Under the pieces are notes generated by a model. That model had not been told where the DNA came from. It saw only the letters and a program-made list of their open reading frames with translations, and made no database searches. DNA of 64,000 nucleotides from Planctomycetota bacterium (GTDB lineage: Bacteria; Planctomycetota; Phycisphaerae; Phycisphaerales; SM1A02): assembly GCA_022563315.1 (NCBI GenBank), contig JADFNO010000001.1, positions 2,503-66,502 of the forward strand, given 5' to 3'. Made by a program: the position numbers and the translations under genes. Shown here one piece after another: positions 58,466-64,000 of this stretch. Numbering within the stretch: the stretch's first letter is position 1; each line of letters begins with the position of its first letter.

Positions 58466-59463
58466 GCAGTCGACTCCAGCGAGGGAAGATCGCTGCCCAG
58501 CTCAGTGGCGAGATCGCGGATCGTCTGGGACAACGGCGTGGTCGGCGTAAACCCGGTCACCTGACGGAGGCGTGTCAGGTCCGGTTGGCGATGCCGCAGA
58601 TCATCGAAGTTTGGACCGAACGCCTCATCGTATGACAGGTGGTCGATCGTCGAGGTGCTGTCGAGCGTCGTGCGCACAAGCTCGGCCAGTTCGCCGATCT
58701 CGATTCGTTGATCACTGCCCACGTTGAATATCCGGCCGATGCACCGGGGTTCAGCGAGCAGGACCGGCAACAGGTTCACCACATCGCGGACATCGCAGAA
58801 GCATCGCGTTTGCCGGCCGTCGCCGTAGACCTGAATCGGCTTGTCGGCGAGGGCGGCGCCCACGAATCGAGGCAGCACCATTCCGTATCGGCCGACTTGG
58901 CGCGGACCGACAATGTTGAAGAAGCGCGCGATAACCACCGGCAATCCCTGCTGCCGATGATGCGCCAAGGCAAGATGCTCATCGATCGCTTTGGAGCATG
59001 CGTACGCCCACCGGGGCTGGGTCGGCGGCCCGTACGTCACGTCGTCGTCTTCTGCGAAGGGAGTTCGCGTCGATTTGCCGTACACTTCCGACGTTGACGC
59101 GATCAACGTGGGCGTCATCCCGGCGGTGGCGAAGTCGAGGATCGCCGACGTCTCCAACACGTTCGTATCGATGGTGTGGATGGGGTCTTGGACCACCAAT
59201 CGAACGCCGACCGCGGCAGCGAGGTGGTAGATTTCACTGATCTTTGTTGGGTCAAGATCGCGGACGGCCTCCGATACGCCCGCTTCGATGAAGGTCAGGT
59301 CTTTCTCCGGGACGCGGCCCAGATTGCGGCGCCGGCCGGTGGCGAGATTGTCGATCACGATCACATGGTCGCCTCGGCGCACCAGGTATTCAACGAGATG
59401 TGACCCGATGAAGCCAGCCCCCCCCGTAACCAATGAGACGCGCTTTGGGGAGGTCGGGGTCAT
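58462..59463 (-). CDS. NAD-dependent sugar-nucleotide epimerase/dehydratase (UDP-glucuronate decarboxylase-like SDR)
   Basis: 'VTGGAGFIGSHL' is a Rossmann motif and 'YACSKAIDE' is the YxxxK catalytic motif. Confidence 0.85.
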   Translation of the reverse strand: MTPTSPKRVSLVTGGAGFIGSHLVEYLVRRGDHVIVIDNLATGRRRNLGRVPEKDLTFIEAGVSEAVRDLDPTKISEIYHLAAAVGVRLVVQDPIHTIDTNVLETSAILDFATAGMTPTLIASTSEVYGKSTRTPFAEDDDVTYGPPTQPRWAYACSKAIDEHLALAHHRQQGLPVVIARFFNIVGPRQVGRYGMVLPRFVGAALADKPIQVYGDGRQTRCFCDVRDVVNLLPVLLAEPRCIGRIFNVGSDQRIEIGELAELVRTTLDSTSTIDHLSYDEAFGPNFDDLRHRQPDLTRLRQVTGFTPTTPLSQTIRDLATELGSDLPSLESTA

Positions 59464-59638
59464 GGCGTGAAGTCTCCTGCCGCGCGACCGTGGCCGGAGC
59501 CGGACGTCCCGGACCAGGCGGCGTCTCGCCCAAGCCGGTCCGAGGCGAAACCACGATACGGCGGCCCATGATCGACGACGGCGGTGGCCGTCGGGGGCGT
59601 GGTCGCTGCCCCCTCCCGCGCGCCGGCCGGGATGTACC

Positions 59639-61846
59639 TCACGTCGCTGACGATGTTGAACTGTACCCCGCCATAGCGGCGAAGTTCTTCTTGAAGTAGC
59701 CTCCGGCTGTTCCCCGCGGACGATTCAGGATGACTCCCAGTTGCTCGCAGCTTGCGTCCATCAGTTGATTGATCAGTCGAGCCACGAGCCCGCGCTGCTC
59801 CTGGTTGGCGCGGACGATCAGGACGGCGGCGTCCAGCTTGTTGGCCAGCACCAGCGCGTCGCCGGCCACGACCGCCGGCGGGGCGTCGACCAGCACGAGG
59901 TCGTACCGGGTGCGGAGCTCAGCCATGACACTATCAAACGCGCCGTTGTTCAGTCGTTCAAAAGCCCGGTTGGCGGGGCGCCCGGCCGTGACGACATCGA
60001 TCCCGTGCTCGGTGGTACGGATAACCTCGTCCAGAGAGGCCTCGCCCGCGAGCAGATCGCCCAAGCCCGGATCATCGCCGGACACGCCCATCACCTCGGC
60101 AAGACGAGGTCTGCGGAAGTTCCCGTCCACGATCACTACCTTCCGGCCGGCGGCGGCGGCGGCGGCGGCAAGATTGGTAGCGGCGGTCGTCGTCCCGGCG
60201 TCGGGGAGGCCGCCGACCAGCAGCAGCGTCCGGTGGCCCGATTGATCCATCGCCTTGGCAATGAGCGCTGACACCTGTCGATAGGACTCGGCCAGGACAC
60301 TATTGGGACACTCCCGAACGACAAGCTCCGCCGCGGCGGACTTGCACGGATCCTCCGCCAGCTCGGGAATCACGCCCAGCACGCGGCCCGAGGGCAGCAC
60401 CTCGATGTCGGCTGCGCTCTTGACACGCTGATCCGTTATCTCGCGAAGGAAGATCAAGCCGATCACCGACCCAACCACGAGAAGCGTCGTCAACGGAACC
60501 ACCAGCTCGATCTTGGGGAATGACTTCTCGCGCGGCAGCTGGGCGTTCTGGGCGATGCGGACACGACGGGCGTCGTCCCTCAATTGAACCAGCTTGATTT
60601 CGTTGATCGCCATCAAGGTGTCATCTCGCCGCCCTAGGAGCAGCTCCCGCTGGTACTCCATCTCACGATAGTGAGACATATCCGCAGACAGCGTGCGCAG
60701 CAGCCCGTCGTTCTGCTCATGTTTCTCTTCCAGTCCATCCAGTACGCTCCGCAGGGACTCGATCTGGGCGCCGTACTGTTTAAGCTCGGCCTGGAGATTG
60801 TCCGTCATGATCTCTTTGATCTTGTTCTCGTACTCCGCCTCGGTGGCGCGAAGCCTCGCCTCTCCCCTCAGGATCATCGGATGGTCCGGATCACGGTATT
60901 GCTCGCGAAGCCCGTAGAGAACGGTCTTGGTGCCCAACATAGCCGCCTCGTGCGGTCGAACCAGGGCGTCCATCTCGGCCCTGCGGCGGTCTTCCTCGGT
61001 CGGGGACACCGTACCCTCCAGCTTCGCTGCGAGCTGCAGATACCGGTTCTCGGCGAAGCTCAACGAAGATTGCGAGCCGGCGATCTGTCCCGTCAACCCC
61101 TCTTGAGCCATCGCCAGCTGACTCGACCGGGAATGGTCGATGTCGGTGATGCCCTTCTCTCGGATGTATGCTTCGATTTCCTGGCCGAGGTCGTCGAGAT
61201 TCCGGGTAAACGTGCCGAGCTGGGACTGGAAGACCTCTAGATTAACGTTGTACGCAACACGATCGTCGGCCTTGCGCTTAGCGATGTAAGCGTCGGCGAC
61301 CGCGCCCAACACCTCGGGCACGTCCAAAGCGTTGCCGTTCGACCACTTCAGGGTGAACAAGTTGCTGCCCGCCACCAGGCGCGCGCGTAGATCGTCCTCG
61401 AGATCGTCTACGGCCTCATCGAGTTCGCCGACATTGAGGTCCCCGGCGAAGTTCGCGATGTACCATGTGGTGTTTTGAACATCCGGCTTCTTGACCGCCG
61501 CCTCCAGCACAGGACGACTCAAAAGCAGGTACATCTCCGTCGTCGCCAAACGGGTGAGCACATCCTGCCGCTCGATATCACCGACTATCGGGTCGAACCC
61601 TTCGTCTAGTGCACCGCGGATCTCGAAGACTACTACTGCGCTATACAGTGGTAGCAGGAAGTAGAAGAGGACGAAGGCGACGAATCCGAGCACGACCCCA
61701 GTGACGATCGAGCTAAGGATCAGCAACAGGTGACGTCGCAGGACGCGGAACGGATCCAGGGTGCGCGTAGTGGCAGGCACGGCCGAGGTTCTCGGTCGAG
61801 CGCCCGTCGGCGGAACGGGGGGGCGAGATGATGTAGCGGTAGTCAT
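59639..61846 (-). CDS. Wzc/GumC-like polysaccharide co-polymerase fused to a BY-kinase-like domain (Walker A lysine missing)
   Basis: An N-terminal Wzz-type segment with 2 TM and a long coiled coil. The C-terminal region reads 'GGLPDAGTTTAATNLA...VVIVDGNFRRP...DLVLVDAPP'. Confidence 0.8.
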   Translation of the reverse strand: MTTATSSRPPVPPTGARPRTSAVPATTRTLDPFRVLRRHLLLILSSIVTGVVLGFVAFVLFYFLLPLYSAVVVFEIRGALDEGFDPIVGDIERQDVLTRLATTEMYLLLSRPVLEAAVKKPDVQNTTWYIANFAGDLNVGELDEAVDDLEDDLRARLVAGSNLFTLKWSNGNALDVPEVLGAVADAYIAKRKADDRVAYNVNLEVFQSQLGTFTRNLDDLGQEIEAYIREKGITDIDHSRSSQLAMAQEGLTGQIAGSQSSLSFAENRYLQLAAKLEGTVSPTEEDRRRAEMDALVRPHEAAMLGTKTVLYGLREQYRDPDHPMILRGEARLRATEAEYENKIKEIMTDNLQAELKQYGAQIESLRSVLDGLEEKHEQNDGLLRTLSADMSHYREMEYQRELLLGRRDDTLMAINEIKLVQLRDDARRVRIAQNAQLPREKSFPKIELVVPLTTLLVVGSVIGLIFLREITDQRVKSAADIEVLPSGRVLGVIPELAEDPCKSAAAELVVRECPNSVLAESYRQVSALIAKAMDQSGHRTLLLVGGLPDAGTTTAATNLAAAAAAAGRKVVIVDGNFRRPRLAEVMGVSGDDPGLGDLLAGEASLDEVIRTTEHGIDVVTAGRPANRAFERLNNGAFDSVMAELRTRYDLVLVDAPPAVVAGDALVLANKLDAAVLIVRANQEQRGLVARLINQLMDASCEQLGVILNRPRGTAGGYFKKNFAAMAGYSSTSSAT

Positions 61847-61901
61847 GGCTCTTGCCTTGTGTGGGTAGTGAGACGACGGACATCAGCCCGCCGGCTTCGG
61901 T

Positions 61902-63971
61902 TTATTCGTCGTTCTGTGCTCTTCTGATATCGTCTTCCAGGCGTTCTATCTCAGCCTGAGTCTGCGGATCGGGCCTCAATTCGATCGCTCGGTTCACATA
62001 GGTCTGGGCGGCATCCAAGCGACCCTGCTTGAACAGGACCGAGGCCAAGTGATACATGCTCTCCGCCGATTCCAGCAGGCTTACGCTGCGTCGAAGCGGA
62101 TCCTCAGCCTCGTCGAACCGCTGCAGGTGGTACTGGACCCACCCAAGTGTATCCAGAATAGATGGATCATCAGGCCTCAACTCAGCGGCGTGCTTCACCA
62201 GGCCTAGGGCCGTGCTTGGATCACCCAGTCGTTCGGCATACACGAATGCAGCGTTGTTCAGTGCAACGGTGTTATTCGGATCCAGCTCGATCACCTGGTC
62301 GAAGGCATCGACGGCTGCCTGGTACTCCTTGCCGATCAGGGCATATTTTCCCAAGTTCATCAACAAAAGAACACGAAACTGCGGGTTGTCCTCCGGGGCT
62401 TGCTCAATGGCAAGTCGCTGTAGCTCAATCGCGCGACTGCGACCATCGGGACCGGAGGTGAACCAACTCGTAGCCAGCCAGTTCAGATCCAGGGCGGTGG
62501 GCTTGTCATCACTGACCTCCAACACGAACTGTTCCAGCTCTTGCACCTGCTGTGGACGAAACAGCTCCACCAGCGCTTCGAACCAGACCTCCAGAGACGC
62601 CAACGCGACCTGCGGGCCGCCCTGGGCATGATGTTCCCGGTACGCGATGCGCATCTGGGCGAGTGCCGCGGCGCGTTGCCCGGCGCCGTTCAGCGCACGT
62701 GCATAGAGGCTCCGCAGCTTGACGTCCTGTTCGAGCCAGGATTCAGCCTCCGCGATCATCCCGACGAGGGCGGCGAAGTTCGGTCTCTCCATCTCCAGCA
62801 CGATTTCACTCATCGCGGTCAGTCGCGCCTTGGTCGGCTTGAGCCGATACGCCTCGCCATAGGACTTCACGGCGAGCTGCAACTCGCCCTGGCGCCGGAG
62901 CAACTCGCCTTTCGCCTTATGCCAGACCGGTTCAAGCGGATCTCGCTCTATCGCCTCATCGATTGCTGCGACGGCCGCCACAAGCTCGTTTTGGCTTTCA
63001 TACAACGTCACGAGCAGGGCGCGGGCGCCGCGGTTGTCGGGCGATCGCTCCAGAAAGCGATTCAATTCACCGATCGCCGATCGCTCGTCGCCCATAGCTC
63101 GGTATATATCGACGCGAACGATGCTTGTTGGATCCACGGCCGCCCGCACGTCGTCCGCTGTATCCAAAGCCAGAAGCGCTTCGTCCAGCAAGCTCCGCAT
63201 CCCGGATCGCCGGAACTCGTGCAGAAAGCTCTGCGCGGTCTGGATGTGCGGTCTCGGGTCGCGGGGCCGCTCCGCCTCCGCCTGCGCCAGCATTTGGCGC
63301 TGCCTCGCGTAACGCTCCGTGGCCAACTCAGCTTCGCCGTTATCGTACAGCTCGTCTGCCTCTCGGCCGAGAATCGAAGCCAACAGCATCACCGAACTGA
63401 AGTCGGCGCCATCGGCATCCACCAGTTCCTGCAAGCGCCGGTTGGCTTGTTCAAGATGGCCCAAGTTGGCGTGGCCCTCGACGATGCGCAGCGACAACAA
63501 GCGATCAAAGCCAAGCTCCAGCAGCTCGTTGCACAGGTCAATGCCTTCCTCGAAGGCGCCGGAGGCGAAGAAAAGATCAATCAGGGCTCGATCCGCCTCT
63601 CGCCGCTCGGGATCTTGGTAGGCCCGCGCCCGCTGGAACGTTGCCTCGGCCTCCCGTGGCTGGTTCGTCGACGCCTGGTAGCGCCCCAGCGACGCGAACA
63701 TGGCCAGGGTGCGTTCAGCTTCCTGCCATCGCTGCAGGTAGTCCACTAATATCTGTTCACCGGCGGCAACCTCGCCCCGACTCCGGAGCAAGTTCGCGCG
63801 AACGTACGCGAGTGCAAGCGTGTCGCCGACTTGCACTTCCAGGGCGTCGAGGATCGCGTTGGACTCGTTGATCCAATCAGCCGCGGTCTGCTCCAACAGC
63901 TTCGTTCTCGTCTTGCCCTGCACCTGCCGCCAGCGAGCCATGTCGAACCTCGACTGACCCTCGTCGTCCAA
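61902..63971 (-). CDS. TPR-repeat protein (N-terminus may extend beyond window)
   Basis: 689 aa made almost entirely of TPR-like repeats. The start lies within 30 nt of the window edge, so the true 5' end is uncertain. Confidence 0.7.
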   Translation of the reverse strand: MDDEGQSRFDMARWRQVQGKTRTKLLEQTAADWINESNAILDALEVQVGDTLALAYVRANLLRSRGEVAAGEQILVDYLQRWQEAERTLAMFASLGRYQASTNQPREAEATFQRARAYQDPERREADRALIDLFFASGAFEEGIDLCNELLELGFDRLLSLRIVEGHANLGHLEQANRRLQELVDADGADFSSVMLLASILGREADELYDNGEAELATERYARQRQMLAQAEAERPRDPRPHIQTAQSFLHEFRRSGMRSLLDEALLALDTADDVRAAVDPTSIVRVDIYRAMGDERSAIGELNRFLERSPDNRGARALLVTLYESQNELVAAVAAIDEAIERDPLEPVWHKAKGELLRRQGELQLAVKSYGEAYRLKPTKARLTAMSEIVLEMERPNFAALVGMIAEAESWLEQDVKLRSLYARALNGAGQRAAALAQMRIAYREHHAQGGPQVALASLEVWFEALVELFRPQQVQELEQFVLEVSDDKPTALDLNWLATSWFTSGPDGRSRAIELQRLAIEQAPEDNPQFRVLLLMNLGKYALIGKEYQAAVDAFDQVIELDPNNTVALNNAAFVYAERLGDPSTALGLVKHAAELRPDDPSILDTLGWVQYHLQRFDEAEDPLRRSVSLLESAESMYHLASVLFKQGRLDAAQTYVNRAIELRPDPQTQAEIERLEDDIRRAQNDE

Positions 63972-64000
63972 AATGTGCTCGAAACTGGGCTTTCCCCCGC

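Overview
High-GC bacterial chromosomal window. The gene content (many prepilin-type proteins with lectin-like modules, a sortilin/BNR propeller, CRTAC1/ASPIC and TPR proteins) suggests a Planctomycetota/PVC-like organism, but I cannot verify that from this sequence. About half the window is two paralogous type IV pilus / T2SS-like clusters on the minus strand (4038-17744 and 26453-42627). Each carries the same regulatory cassette: a sensor histidine kinase, a stand-alone receiver, a GAF-HD-GYP phosphodiesterase and a STAS protein, wired to a GspE/PilB-type ATPase and a GspF/PilC platform. In cluster 1 the receiver and HD-GYP genes sit at 1975-4010 on the plus strand. ATPase 1 has a textbook MshEN c-di-GMP-binding motif. 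Cluster 1 has no secretin but encodes oversized minor pseudopilins with CBM-, PKD- and LamG-like modules. Cluster 2 has pilMNOP-like genes, a secretin with a ~400-aa tail, a TPR lipoprotein and a nearby PilZ protein. The strongest candidate for a novel accessory system is a single-gene, visibly low-GC island at 45939-47744. It encodes a retron-type reverse transcriptase fused to a trypsin-like serine protease, sits in a mosaic of hairpin and tandem repeats, and is inserted between a DUF1015 gene and serA-serC. Other content: a partial CusA-type RND pump, tmRNA (21663-22011), adk, recJ, a GAF/fRMsr-like gene, and an EPS-type locus. That locus has a fructosamine kinase-like gene, an LMW-PTP, a WecA-like transferase with a pseudopilin-like insertion, an epimerase, a Wzc-like protein with a degenerate Walker A, and a TPR protein. 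Unusual 8-bp tandem arrays lie immediately 3' of several transcription units. All calls come from reading motifs in the supplied translations and the DNA; no database searches were run.
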